DNA from: Pseudobdellovibrionaceae bacterium
GTDB taxonomy: Bacteria > Bdellovibrionota > Bdellovibrionia > Bdellovibrionales > Bdellovibrionaceae
Assembly: GCA_039810425.1 (NCBI GenBank)
Contig: JBDHWW010000030.1
Span: 1 to 37,264 of the forward strand
Length of the DNA stretch: 37,264 nucleotides
Reading direction: 5' to 3'
The notes below the pieces were generated by a model. The model was not told the DNA's origin. It saw only the letters and a program-made list of their open reading frames with translations, and ran no database searches. The translations under genes and the position numbers were made by a program. Positions 27,432-36,430 of the stretch are shown here, one piece after another. The first letter of the stretch is position 1. Each line of letters begins with the position of its first letter.

Positions 27432-28049
27432 ATGCGATCAGTCAGACTTGTTCCCATCATCATTGTTTTGAATATCTTAGTCTTTCTCATGTGGTCCACC
27501 GGAGGCGACGACCGCCTGTGGTTCATGCATAATAATTTTGCCGTCAGCTGGGAAGCTCTTCAGCAAGGGCGCTGGTGGGTGCTGGTCACTTCGGTGTTTT
27601 CTCATGAAATGTTTTTTCACTTGTTGCTGAACATGTATGTGCTGCATGGCTTTGGCGACGCGATCGAATCGATCTTAGGCGCGAAAATATTTTTCGTATT
27701 CTATATGGCGGCGGGCATTTTTAGTTCTTTCGCCCACGCCGCAGTTTCAGCCTTTGTACTTGGCAAGCCGGAACTTCCTGCTGTCGGGGCCTCGGGCGCG
27801 ATTGCTGCCGTCTTGATTTTGTTTTGTTTGCTTTACCCTAAAGAGAAGTTGCTTTTGTTTGGGGTTGTTCCGCTGCCTGCAATGTGGGGCGCGCTGGCTT
27901 TTGTCGGCCTTGACGTCTGGGGACTTGCCAGCCAAGCTGAAGGCGGCGGCTTGCCGATCGGTCATGGAGCCCATTTAGGCGGCGCCCTGTTCGGGCTTAT
28001 TGCTTATTTTATTTTGCGTCCCCGCCTCGTTCGCGTTCAAAGGCACTAA
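27432..28049 (+). CDS. Rhomboid family intramembrane serine protease
   Basis: 'HLLLNM', 'VGASGA' Ser, 'AHLGG' His; multi-TM. Confidence 0.94.
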   Translation: MRSVRLVPIIIVLNILVFLMWSTGGDDRLWFMHNNFAVSWEALQQGRWWVLVTSVFSHEMFFHLLLNMYVLHGFGDAIESILGAKIFFVFYMAAGIFSSFAHAAVSAFVLGKPELPAVGASGAIAAVLILFCLLYPKEKLLLFGVVPLPAMWGALAFVGLDVWGLASQAEGGGLPIGHGAHLGGALFGLIAYFILRPRLVRVQRH

Positions 28050-28064
28050 ACTTATGAGCCGCGC

Positions 28065-28100
28065 AAAATAAATGAGGGAAGAACTTATGTCTTCCCTCAT
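28065..28100 (-). terminator. Intrinsic terminator (11-bp stem, TTATTTT tail on minus strand)
   Basis: ATGAGGGAAGA 28072-28082 / TCTTCCCTCAT 28090-28100, 7-nt loop. Confidence 0.8.
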
Positions 28101-28204
28101 CCGCTACCGAACTATTAAGCGTTTTGGTTATCAAAAAAGCCGTTTGCGTTCTAAGCTAGGACCTTAAGTTATCCATTCTACGCTTTCACAGTAGCTTTCT
28201 TACA
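28065..28204 (-). ncRNA. Candidate ~140-nt small RNA
   Basis: Promoter-like TTGCAG-N18-CATACT (28240-28211), nested stems GCUACUG/CGGUAGC and AAGCGU/ACGCUU, terminator; no credible ORF. Confidence 0.45.
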
Positions 28205-28297
28205 AGAGTGAGTATGCCTGTTTTTTACACCTCACTGCAAGACTAAAAAGTATAAACAACGATCCTCTTTTCACGACTTGTGGAGCCATCGCGGGCC

Positions 28298-29152
28298 CTA
28301 CGCCGCCTTGTCTCGCAGCAGGCTCTCGCAGCGCTCAATGATGGTCGTTCGGATGCTTTCCCTGTGTTTCAACAAATCCGGGTGTTGCGCGTTTTGCACA
28401 ATCCGGTACAAATCAATCGCCCGCTGCAGCTCTATCAGGCGTTGCTTCTGGGGGCCGCGCGACAGGGGAAACTTCGGCATCGGCGCCGATGTCACTGCCG
28501 CCTTATGAACCGCGACCGTCCAATCGATCTCGGTTTGAGTTAAATAAATGGTTGGATAAAAACCTTTTTCCTTGGCCTCATCGTCGGCTTCGCGAAGCTG
28601 CGCATTTAACCAGCGCAACTCACGCAAGATGGCGTTCAGTTCAGAATCATATTTCTTGCCGAAAACTTTGTAGACGGTCCTCTTCCAGGCGTCACAAAAA
28701 TCTTCGAATTCAATATTCTGGTCTTTCTCAAAGTGCGGCGGATTCGTGATGTAGTTCAAAGTTTTCGTAAAAATATCTTCCGAAATAATCACGCTGTTCG
28801 TTTTGTAGCCGACACGCACGAGATGATGGGCCCAACTTGCGATATCAAGCAGTGATCTATTACTGACAAGCGCCGTTCTGAATGTTAAGTGAAAATCGGC
28901 GTAAACTTCGCTGCCCATCGGCCTTTCAAGATAGGCGTCAAAAAAACTCTTCTTACGATCTGCTTTAGGCACGGCAAAAAAGTCACGCAAGTGATTGGAG
29001 AATTTTTCGAAAGTGCCCATCCAAAGCTTCTCTGCCTGACAGGCTTTATAGAGATGAAACGCCTTCATGGCGGTCGGCTCCGCCTCATCAAGAAGACCGT
29101 TGATCCGTTCAACCAGCATACGTGGGAAAGCATTCCATAGCTCTGTGATCAT
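28298..29152 (-). CDS. Hypothetical helical protein (284 aa)
   Basis: Long ORF with natural composition; TAAAAT -10 six nt before ATG. Confidence 0.85.
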   Translation of the reverse strand: MITELWNAFPRMLVERINGLLDEAEPTAMKAFHLYKACQAEKLWMGTFEKFSNHLRDFFAVPKADRKKSFFDAYLERPMGSEVYADFHLTFRTALVSNRSLLDIASWAHHLVRVGYKTNSVIISEDIFTKTLNYITNPPHFEKDQNIEFEDFCDAWKRTVYKVFGKKYDSELNAILRELRWLNAQLREADDEAKEKGFYPTIYLTQTEIDWTVAVHKAAVTSAPMPKFPLSRGPQKQRLIELQRAIDLYRIVQNAQHPDLLKHRESIRTTIIERCESLLRDKAA

Positions 29153-29260
29153 GCATTCATTTTACCCCGATCCGCACTAAAACTCGAACTTCGCCATTTT
29201 GTCGAAAGAGTGGGCGAGTTTCTCAAACTGAGAAATGGCGGCTTCCGCACCACGATCATC

Positions 29261-29288
29261 CCCACCGCCACAGATGCTTGGCGGTGGG
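29261..29288. terminator. GC-rich 10-bp stem-loop downstream of the 29300-29722 gene
   Basis: CCCACCGCCA / TGGCGGTGGG; no U-tract, so function uncertain. Confidence 0.4.
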
Positions 29289-29299
29289 TAAAATACATT

Positions 29300-29722
29300 C
29301 TATTTCATTTTCTTAAGGAGGCGTTCCCAGGCCGCCGCATCCTTGGGCGCGACCCAATTATTGCCAACCCGTTTCAGATCCGCATCCTCCGCGTCAATAT
29401 TAAGACGGTTGACGTAGTGAATGTCACAGATGAAAAACTGTTTTTGATAGGGCAACAGAAAGCGGTCTGCGCGCTGATTCAGATCGCGAACGGCCTCCTC
29501 ATACGACGAGTACCAAACATTCCAGACTGAAGGCCCAAGGTGCCGCACAAGAATAGCATTGGCATCGAGATTCTCTTTGAGCTCGCGCCACGAAGCGAAG
29601 TTCGCGTGCTTCGCGATGATCTCAAGAGCGTCTTTGAGCGCAATCGACTTTCCGGCTTTAGCTTTGGCCTTTTGCAGTAGTTTCGCTTTGTTTTTTAAAT
29701 GTTGGATTTGTGAAATGGCCAC
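29300..29722 (-). CDS. Hypothetical protein with N-terminal 'glyoxalase-associated' helical domain (LK..AK.L...ALE.IA...F..W..L)
   Basis: 140-aa ORF, GTG after AAAGGAG SD; N-terminal pattern recognised by eye. Confidence 0.8.
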   Translation of the reverse strand: MAISQIQHLKNKAKLLQKAKAKAGKSIALKDALEIIAKHANFASWRELKENLDANAILVRHLGPSVWNVWYSSYEEAVRDLNQRADRFLLPYQKQFFICDIHYVNRLNIDAEDADLKRVGNNWVAPKDAAAWERLLKKMK

Positions 29723-29886
29723 AAAATCTCCTTTGTCTTGTTACCTGTAACCGCGTTGGTAACCAAAAGAGTTTATTTGTGTCGGCGCAGCGGCGCCTGT
29801 CTTCACGAGGTGAGCTTCTCTTTGGCGGTAGAGGCGTCCTCGTCAGCCTCAAGAACGAATATAACCGAAACGCCCTCAGAAGTCAA
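29723..29886 (-). promoter_or_regulatory. sigma70 promoter TTGACT-N17-TATATT plus ~130-nt structured 5' leader
   Basis: -35 at 29886-29881, -10 at 29863-29858; four stems in the leader. Confidence 0.6.
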
Positions 29887-30016
29887 CGTGGGCAATAAAC
29901 CCCTTCGATACGGGGAAGGCTTATTATACAATACATTGAATAATGTTTCTATATTATACCGACTAGTCAGGGCTCCCAAAAAACAGTATATTAGCTTTAA
30001 CAGAAAGGACGGTTTT

Positions 30017-30871
30017 ATGAAGAAACTATTATTCACCCGCAAAAATGAACAACGCCACTGGGTTGGCGATGGCTTTCCCGTCCGCTCAATCTTTACTTAT
30101 AATGATTTGGCCAAAGAGATTTCGCCATTTCTGCTGATGGATTACGCGGGCCCGGCAACCTTTCCGCCGACGAACGAGCGCAAAGGTGTTGGTGAGCATC
30201 CTCACCGCGGCTTTGAAACGGTGACGATTGTTTACTCCGGTGAAGTCGAGCATCGCGATTCCGCTGGCGGTGGGGGCGTGATTGGCCCGGGGGACGTGCA
30301 GTGGATGACCGCCGCTTCGGGACTTGTGCATGAAGAGTTTCACGGCCCCGAGTTCGCAAAACGCGGCGGCAACTTTGAAATGATTCAGCTTTGGGTGAAC
30401 TTGCCAAGAAAAGACAAAATGTCAAAACCTCGCTATCAAGGTTTGAAAGACGAGAACATCCCGGCGGTGGCACTGCCAGAGGGGGCTGGAGTTTTGCGCG
30501 TGATTGCCGGAAACTATCAGGACGCCAAAGGCCCTGGCATGACATTTACTCCGATCAATCTTTGGGACCTGAATTTGAAAGCCGGTCACCACGTCACGTT
30601 GAAAGTTCCCGCCGGCCACACCTCCGCTGCCTTTGTCTTAAGTGGCAAAATCGAAGTCGGTACTGGTGAAAAAATCGGCGAAGCCGCGCTGGCGGTGTTT
30701 GAACGTGACGGCGCTGAACTCACGTTCAAAGTCCTTGAAGACACGAAGTTGCTCTTTATGGGTGGAGAACCGATTGAAGAACCGATCGTCGGCTATGGCC
30801 CCTTTGTCATGAACTCCATCGGTGAAATTAAGCAAGCCTTTATCGATTTCGAGGAAGGCCGCATGCAATAG
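30017..30871 (+). CDS. Pirin family protein
   Basis: 'SPFLLMD', 'HPHRGFETVT', 'QWMTAASGLVHEE', 'GPFVMN'; AAAGGA SD before ATG 30017. Confidence 0.95.
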   Translation: MKKLLFTRKNEQRHWVGDGFPVRSIFTYNDLAKEISPFLLMDYAGPATFPPTNERKGVGEHPHRGFETVTIVYSGEVEHRDSAGGGGVIGPGDVQWMTAASGLVHEEFHGPEFAKRGGNFEMIQLWVNLPRKDKMSKPRYQGLKDENIPAVALPEGAGVLRVIAGNYQDAKGPGMTFTPINLWDLNLKAGHHVTLKVPAGHTSAAFVLSGKIEVGTGEKIGEAALAVFERDGAELTFKVLEDTKLLFMGGEPIEEPIVGYGPFVMNSIGEIKQAFIDFEEGRMQ

Positions 30872-30897
30872 AAGAAACCCTCTCGGGCATCAGAGTC

Positions 30898-32349
30898 CTA
30901 CTCGGCCCGATCTTGGGTGACAACAGTTCTGCGCACCGTGGGTTTTTTACCCGCCGCCCCCTGCTGAGGAGCCGCGTAACGCTGTTGTGATCGCTGAACG
31001 GCCCGTGCCGGCACCCGCCGCGCCGGGGCCGCCATAGGGGCCGGAGCCGCCGCTTGGGCTTGTCCCGCCATCTTGCCTTGCGGAATCAAGAAATTAAAGA
31101 AGCCATAAGACTCATCTAACTTCAACATGATCACCGACAGCAGATAGAATGCAAAAAGCATATAGTGGCGAGCCGACGCTTTTTCTTTCATCATCTTTTC
31201 GATACCACGCAGACGCTGGTCGACATCGATGGCGGGGCTCACTGCTTTCTGTGAAGCTGGCGGCGGAGAAGCGTGAGCGTGAACCAAAACTGTTGCCGCC
31301 GCTTCGGCATTCGCGGAAAGGGCCGCCGAATTGCTCAATGAAAGCTGCACATTCGTATTGAGAAGGCGGACTTCATTACGCTCCTGCTCAATCTCAGTCT
31401 CAAACATTTTCTGCAGCAGGCGCGCGTTTTCGGAATAAGAGTAGTCCGGGAAATGGGTTTGCATGACCCGGCGAAGGGCCGCCTGGAATTCTGCAGCACT
31501 TGCGTATCTTTCACTGGGATTCTTGCGAAGTGCTTTAAGAATAACCTGATCAAGCTCCGGGGGAATTGCACCATTGTAGTAAGACGGCGCTTTGATATTG
31601 TAATCACAGTTCGAGATCGTTGCGAGGATCGTCATCTCCGAATCGCCGGTACGATAGAATGGGCGACGATTTGTGAGCAGCTCCCACGCGACGATACCCA
31701 GCGCAAAAATATCCACGCGAGCATCGAGATGCTCACCGGTGATTTGCTCTGGTGACATATAGGCGAATTTTCCCTTAATTGTGCCGGCACGGGTGGCCTC
31801 GATCATGGTGCTGGCGGCCTTTGCGATACCAAAATCAATGACCTTCAAATTGCCATCATAACTCACCAACAGATTGTGCGGAGAAATATCGCGATGAATC
31901 GCTTTCACTTCCTCCCCGGTGATTTTGTTCACAAAAGTATGGGCGTAACTCAAGCCGGAAGCCGCTTGCGCGAGCAGGCTGAGCGCCATCGGTATCGGCA
32001 TGAGTTCGCCCTTTTCTGCAAATTTACAAAGAACATCTTTAAGATTTTTACCTTCGATATACTCCATGGAAATGTAGGGTTGGCGGTTGCATTCCCCGAA
32101 ATCGTGGATTTGCACCGTGTGGGGATGGTTAAAGCCCATACAAACCCTAATTTCACCCTGGAACATTTTAATAAACTCAATGTCACTGGCGGCATGGGGC
32201 AGAATGCGTTTAATAACGACCACACGGCCATTGCCTTTATGACTTGCCGGACGGGCCAAGAACACTTCAGCCATTCCTCCGATAGCGATTTTCTTCAGTA
32301 ATACATAGTTGCCGAAGTTCTCAAAGTTTGGAAAATCATTTGAGTTCAT
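30898..32349 (-). CDS. Hanks-type Ser/Thr protein kinase with C-terminal TM and short low-complexity tail
   Basis: GGMAEV, VVIKR, HRDISPHN, DFGIAK, YMSPE; GGAGGT SD before ATG 32349. Confidence 0.94.
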   Translation of the reverse strand: MNSNDFPNFENFGNYVLLKKIAIGGMAEVFLARPASHKGNGRVVVIKRILPHAASDIEFIKMFQGEIRVCMGFNHPHTVQIHDFGECNRQPYISMEYIEGKNLKDVLCKFAEKGELMPIPMALSLLAQAASGLSYAHTFVNKITGEEVKAIHRDISPHNLLVSYDGNLKVIDFGIAKAASTMIEATRAGTIKGKFAYMSPEQITGEHLDARVDIFALGIVAWELLTNRRPFYRTGDSEMTILATISNCDYNIKAPSYYNGAIPPELDQVILKALRKNPSERYASAAEFQAALRRVMQTHFPDYSYSENARLLQKMFETEIEQERNEVRLLNTNVQLSLSNSAALSANAEAAATVLVHAHASPPPASQKAVSPAIDVDQRLRGIEKMMKEKASARHYMLFAFYLLSVIMLKLDESYGFFNFLIPQGKMAGQAQAAAPAPMAAPARRVPARAVQRSQQRYAAPQQGAAGKKPTVRRTVVTQDRAE

Positions 32350-32470
32350 GTTCGGACCTCCGTGTGTACCCCGCTCTTTAATATCCATTGTAGACCATCT
32401 TTGAAAAAATATTTAAGTTTCTACAATCGTCTCTTTTTTTGACAGTGAGTCTACCCAATCAGTCAAAGTT

Positions 32471-32839
32471 TCAGACAGTCCGTTTTTGATGTTTATGACT
32501 AAATCTTTCCGAGAAATACGCGGGGACGTTTGTGATCTCCTGAAATCTTTTTAAGTCAAAATACTCATATATGCGGCTTGCATAAAACACGAGGAATTCA
32601 TTTTTCTCGTGACACCAAGCGGTTATGACCCAGTCTTGGCCTCTTTTCTTGACGGACTCAATGGTGATTTGCCAGATGAATCTTTTCCCAGACATATTCA
32701 TATAGCAAATACGGGCGTCCGGACCGTGGATGCTGATTCTATTGATGCGTTCCGTACGCGCCTGAATTTTTCTGCTATTCGTACGGTACCAGGTATAAAA
32801 AACCACCACACATGCGATGGCGATATCTAACGAGTTCAT
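32471..32839 (-). CDS. Small membrane-anchored protein with degenerate WYL-like domain
   Basis: N-terminal hydrophobic helix; 'ICYMNMSG...ITIESV...WVITAWCHEKNEFLVFYASRI' matches the WYL pattern; AAGGAG SD. Confidence 0.65.
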   Translation of the reverse strand: MNSLDIAIACVVVFYTWYRTNSRKIQARTERINRISIHGPDARICYMNMSGKRFIWQITIESVKKRGQDWVITAWCHEKNEFLVFYASRIYEYFDLKRFQEITNVPAYFSERFSHKHQKRTV

Positions 32840-33059
32840 GACTCACTCCTTGTGTCTTGCTTTTAGTATAGAAGCCCGAACACTAGCTGGGAAACCCGTC
32901 GCCTTCATTTTTTCAGAATAAAACACGACAGTTTTGAAGTTTTACACTTCATAAAAAAATGCTGAAAAGTATTTTTACATAACCCAGAAAAAGCAAGTGA
33001 ATGCCGCAAGGATCAAATCCCCAATTGACACGCTTTCATTTTCGTTAGAATAATTTTGC

Positions 33060-34472
33060 ATGATTCAAGCACTCACCCTTCCCCTTCTTTTCGCTCTGGC
33101 GGGGGCTCCGCGCGGGGCACACGCCGCCTATGATAAAGAAAACCCTCTGAAACGCCGGGTAGCCAGCGTTTTCATTTCAAAAGCCTTCATTAACGAACAA
33201 CTCCAAGCCCGCGTTGCAAAAGCTCAGATGTTCAAAGCCCTCAAGATTGAACTCAATGACAAAAGTGACGAGCTGTATTTAACCGGTAAAATTCAGGTGC
33301 CGCTCGAAGAAATGCGGACGATGAATGTCGAACCGGGTCTCGGCGAATTTAAATTCCGCTTGACAATGAAACCTTCAGTCACCAAAGACGGCCATCTCGT
33401 TTTAGAGTTTCCCCTCAAAGAAACTTATTTTTACCCTGCAAGCTCCAATGATGGTAAAAACGATCGCATCATAGTGCCAACGGAGCTTTTGTCGTTGGGC
33501 CTGGCCTCCGCCCGGGGCTATCTGTCCGCTCTTTCGGGCGACATGTCGACCTATGACCGTAAAACGGCCAAGCTAAAGTCGGAGATGGCGGTTCTCCGGC
33601 GTGATATCAGGGACGAAAAAGATCCCGTAAAAATTGAGGACCTCAAACTGCAAAAAAAATTGCTCGAATTGCAAATCCAAGCCATTCCAATGGAACAGGC
33701 CCGGATGGAAGCCACTGCCAAATCGGTGAATACGATCCTCGCCTTTAGCGGCGAAAAAGAAATGAACCTCAATGACGAAATCAGCGCCCGTAAAAACGCC
33801 CTTACGCTCAAACTGCAGCTGAGTAAACTTCTGCCCTACCTTAAAGACATCGCGCTCGGCGGCCTGCGCGTCAGTCATGACAAGGTGGATGGCGGCGGCG
33901 AAGACTACTTGGTCATTGACGTCGATTCGCAGCTAGAAGAGGTTCCCGCGCCTTCTCAGCGCGGTCCTCGGCAGCAACGTGTCGCCCTGAAGACCGCGCC
34001 TTCGCTTTTGATTCGTTTGAATCAGAATATCTTTAACAGCAAGGCCCTCGGCGATATCAAAAAAAACAAGATGGCTGATATCCGTGACTTCGAGATGGCT
34101 TTAAAGGACGACGGCCTTCATGTCTCAGGAAAGTGGCACAAGTACTTCATTAACATCCCCTTCGACACGACGGTGGATTTTGAAACCACGGCACCGGATG
34201 TTTTTGAAATCCGCCTGCGTAAACTCAGTGTCGAAGGGATCGACCTCAAGTTCTTGACGAAATTCGCATTGGATGCGGTGAAAGATCGCCTTGATGCCGC
34301 GCTTGTCGGCATTTGCACGTTTGAGTACCTCGGGGAAGATAAATACGAAAACCACGTTTTAAAAGTGATGGTAGAGCCTAAAAAGCTCGTCCCTGCTTAC
34401 CCGAACCTCCACCTAGTCGCGGTGGACGTCGGCAACCGCCAATTCATGCTCAAGATCGGCCATGTTGAATAG
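33060..34472 (+). CDS. Secreted hypothetical protein, two tandem alpha/beta domains with coiled-coil insert
   Basis: Signal peptide ending AHA; internal similarity between halves; TTGACA at 33025-33030. Confidence 0.85.
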   Translation: MIQALTLPLLFALAGAPRGAHAAYDKENPLKRRVASVFISKAFINEQLQARVAKAQMFKALKIELNDKSDELYLTGKIQVPLEEMRTMNVEPGLGEFKFRLTMKPSVTKDGHLVLEFPLKETYFYPASSNDGKNDRIIVPTELLSLGLASARGYLSALSGDMSTYDRKTAKLKSEMAVLRRDIRDEKDPVKIEDLKLQKKLLELQIQAIPMEQARMEATAKSVNTILAFSGEKEMNLNDEISARKNALTLKLQLSKLLPYLKDIALGGLRVSHDKVDGGGEDYLVIDVDSQLEEVPAPSQRGPRQQRVALKTAPSLLIRLNQNIFNSKALGDIKKNKMADIRDFEMALKDDGLHVSGKWHKYFINIPFDTTVDFETTAPDVFEIRLRKLSVEGIDLKFLTKFALDAVKDRLDAALVGICTFEYLGEDKYENHVLKVMVEPKKLVPAYPNLHLVAVDVGNRQFMLKIGHVE

Positions 34473-34480
34473 GAAAAATC

Positions 34481-35857
34481 ATGAAAAACATATTCACAAA
34501 AAACCCTCAAGATCCTGATGAACAAAGAGAATACCGCTATGGTCTCCGCACCATCATGGAGCTTTTCGACATCGGCCCCACCGTCGCCATCACGGTTTTG
34601 TCGATGGCCTTGCTGGTAATCCTTGGTGGCGTGGTTGCCTTTGTGCGAAGCGCTCCTCCATCAACGATCACCTTCTCGGCGGGCCCTGAAGAAAGTTACT
34701 TTCAAAAAACCGCGCTTCGTTATGCTAAAGCACTTGCCAAGAATGGCGTCACCGTCAATGTTTTGACTTCGAATGGCTCCTTGCAAAACCTTGAGCGCCT
34801 CGCCGATCCAAAATCCAAAGTGGATATCGGCCTCGTCCAAGCCGGCATTCGCGACAAAGAAATTAAAACCGACAACCTGGTTTCTTTGGGCAGCATCACT
34901 TACATGCCGTTGATGGTGTTTTACCGCGGCAAAAAGATCGAATTGCTTTCTGAACTTGCCGGCAAGGCCATCGCCGTCGGCTCTGACGGGTCCGGCACTC
35001 GTAAGTTTGCCCTTAGACTTTTGAGCTCCAACGGTATTAAAGAAAAAGAACCGGGCACGACAAAGCTCCTCAGTTTGGATGCGGACGACGCTATTGCCGC
35101 TTTGGATAAAAAACAAATCGATGCGGCTTTCATTATGACCGAGAGCGCCTCCAACGACGATGTTCGCAAACTGCTCAAGTCTGACGACGTGAGGCTTTAT
35201 AACTTTAAGCAAGCCGCGGCCATCAACCGTAAGATTGACTATCTCAATGTGCTGGAGCTGCCTGAAGGAGTGATTGACCTGGGTCAAAACATTCCTGATC
35301 ACTATATCCAGCTCGTGGGCCCCATGGTGGAGCTTGTTGCCACCGAAAATCTGCACCCGGCTTTATCGGACCTAATCCTCGATGCGGCAACCGAGATCCA
35401 TAGCCGCCCAAACCTTTATCAAAAACGCGGCGAGTTTCCTGTCGCCGCAGAACATGCCATCAAAATCAGCGAAGATGCGCAAAGATTTTATAAATCGGGA
35501 AAGTCTCTCTTTTACCGAAGCCTGCCATTCTGGCTTGCGAGCCTGGTCAGCCGCTTCGTCGTGGTCTTCTTGCCCATTGCGGTGTTGTTAATTCCGGCTA
35601 TCCGCGCGGTGCCCGCGTTCTTTCGCTGGCGCACGCAAATCAAGATCCGCCGCCGTTACCGCGAGCTTTTGATTTTGGAAGAAAAATTTAAAAACGAAAA
35701 CAATCCGGAGCGTCTGAAAGCTCTTCGCCGGAGCTTCGAGCGTATTGATGCCGAGATCAGCAAGATGCGTGTCCGTGCCGCTTTCGCCAACGATTTCTAT
35801 TCCCTGCGTGGCCATATTGATTATGTAAGAACTCTGATGATGAGCAAATTCGCTTAA
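34481..35857 (+). CDS. TAXI family solute-binding protein with N- and C-terminal membrane anchors
   Basis: 'TSNGSLQNLERL', 'DIGLVQ', 'IAVGSDGSGT', 'A.RFYK' TAXI motifs; AGGA SD, 8 nt after upstream gene. Confidence 0.88.
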   Translation: MKNIFTKNPQDPDEQREYRYGLRTIMELFDIGPTVAITVLSMALLVILGGVVAFVRSAPPSTITFSAGPEESYFQKTALRYAKALAKNGVTVNVLTSNGSLQNLERLADPKSKVDIGLVQAGIRDKEIKTDNLVSLGSITYMPLMVFYRGKKIELLSELAGKAIAVGSDGSGTRKFALRLLSSNGIKEKEPGTTKLLSLDADDAIAALDKKQIDAAFIMTESASNDDVRKLLKSDDVRLYNFKQAAAINRKIDYLNVLELPEGVIDLGQNIPDHYIQLVGPMVELVATENLHPALSDLILDAATEIHSRPNLYQKRGEFPVAAEHAIKISEDAQRFYKSGKSLFYRSLPFWLASLVSRFVVVFLPIAVLLIPAIRAVPAFFRWRTQIKIRRRYRELLILEEKFKNENNPERLKALRRSFERIDAEISKMRVRAAFANDFYSLRGHIDYVRTLMMSKFA

Positions 35858-35908
35858 AATAAGTCTCGGGCATAAAAACGATCGTGTGTCACCCGCACGG
35901 CTTCGTTT

Positions 35909-36430
35909 TTACTTACCGGATGCCGCCGCCGGAGGAACGGCGGGATCCGCGGTGGCGCTTTCTTTTTGTGGGCCTTCAGAAGGGCCCTCTTGCGACTCAT
36001 CCGCCTTGTCATCATCGTCAGACTCTGCGGCCTCATCCGGTGGAAGCTCTTGCTTTGCGTCCTTCAGGAGCTTATTTGCAGATGAAGGCGTTTTCGCCAG
36101 AACCGTGTTGCAGGCGCTTTTCGAATTGAAAAAATGCTTCCACATTTCCGCTTCGTCTTTACTCTTGATCTCGAATGTTTGTACTTCCGAACCCAAGTAA
36201 GCACCGGCTTTAGCGTACTCCTTAAGATGCTTCATCCTGCGGGGAATTTTGCGTTCCCCATCGCATTCTTCCTGAGAGGCCTTGCCGCCTTCCATGAAAA
36301 AGCTGAAGGCCCGCGGTGGTCTCTTCCTTGCCAGAGCGAAGGAGCCAGGGGTCCACATCGGTTGAAGGAATAATACGCCCGCCAAGAGCATTAACAAATT
36401 CACTGATTTTTTTAATCTGATATTCAACAT
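35909..36430 (-). CDS. Hypothetical exported protein with acidic disordered tail
   Basis: Basic-hydrophobic N-terminus, two Cys, D/E/A/P-rich C-terminus; extended -10 TGcTAGTAT upstream. Confidence 0.7.
   Translation of the reverse strand: MLNIRLKKSVNLLMLLAGVLFLQPMWTPGSFALARKRPPRAFSFFMEGGKASQEECDGERKIPRRMKHLKEYAKAGAYLGSEVQTFEIKSKDEAEMWKHFFNSKSACNTVLAKTPSSANKLLKDAKQELPPDEAAESDDDDKADESQEGPSEGPQKESATADPAVPPAAASGK

Noticed and set aside
27086..27526. 146-aa minus-strand ORF
   Set aside because: Antisense to the truC remnant and rhomboid start; no motifs; shadow ORF
29190..29242. 'TCGAAAGAGTGGG' resembles part of a c-di-GMP-I riboswitch; nearby TTTCTCA/TGAGAAA hairpin
   Set aside because: Flanking GGCAAAC and ACGCAAAGC elements and the second stem are missing, and there is no downstream plus-strand gene
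34661..35356. Long antisense ORFs (also 1736-2371, 6629-7207, 7250-7777, 18004-18549)
   Set aside because: Fully opposite well-supported genes, no recognisable domains
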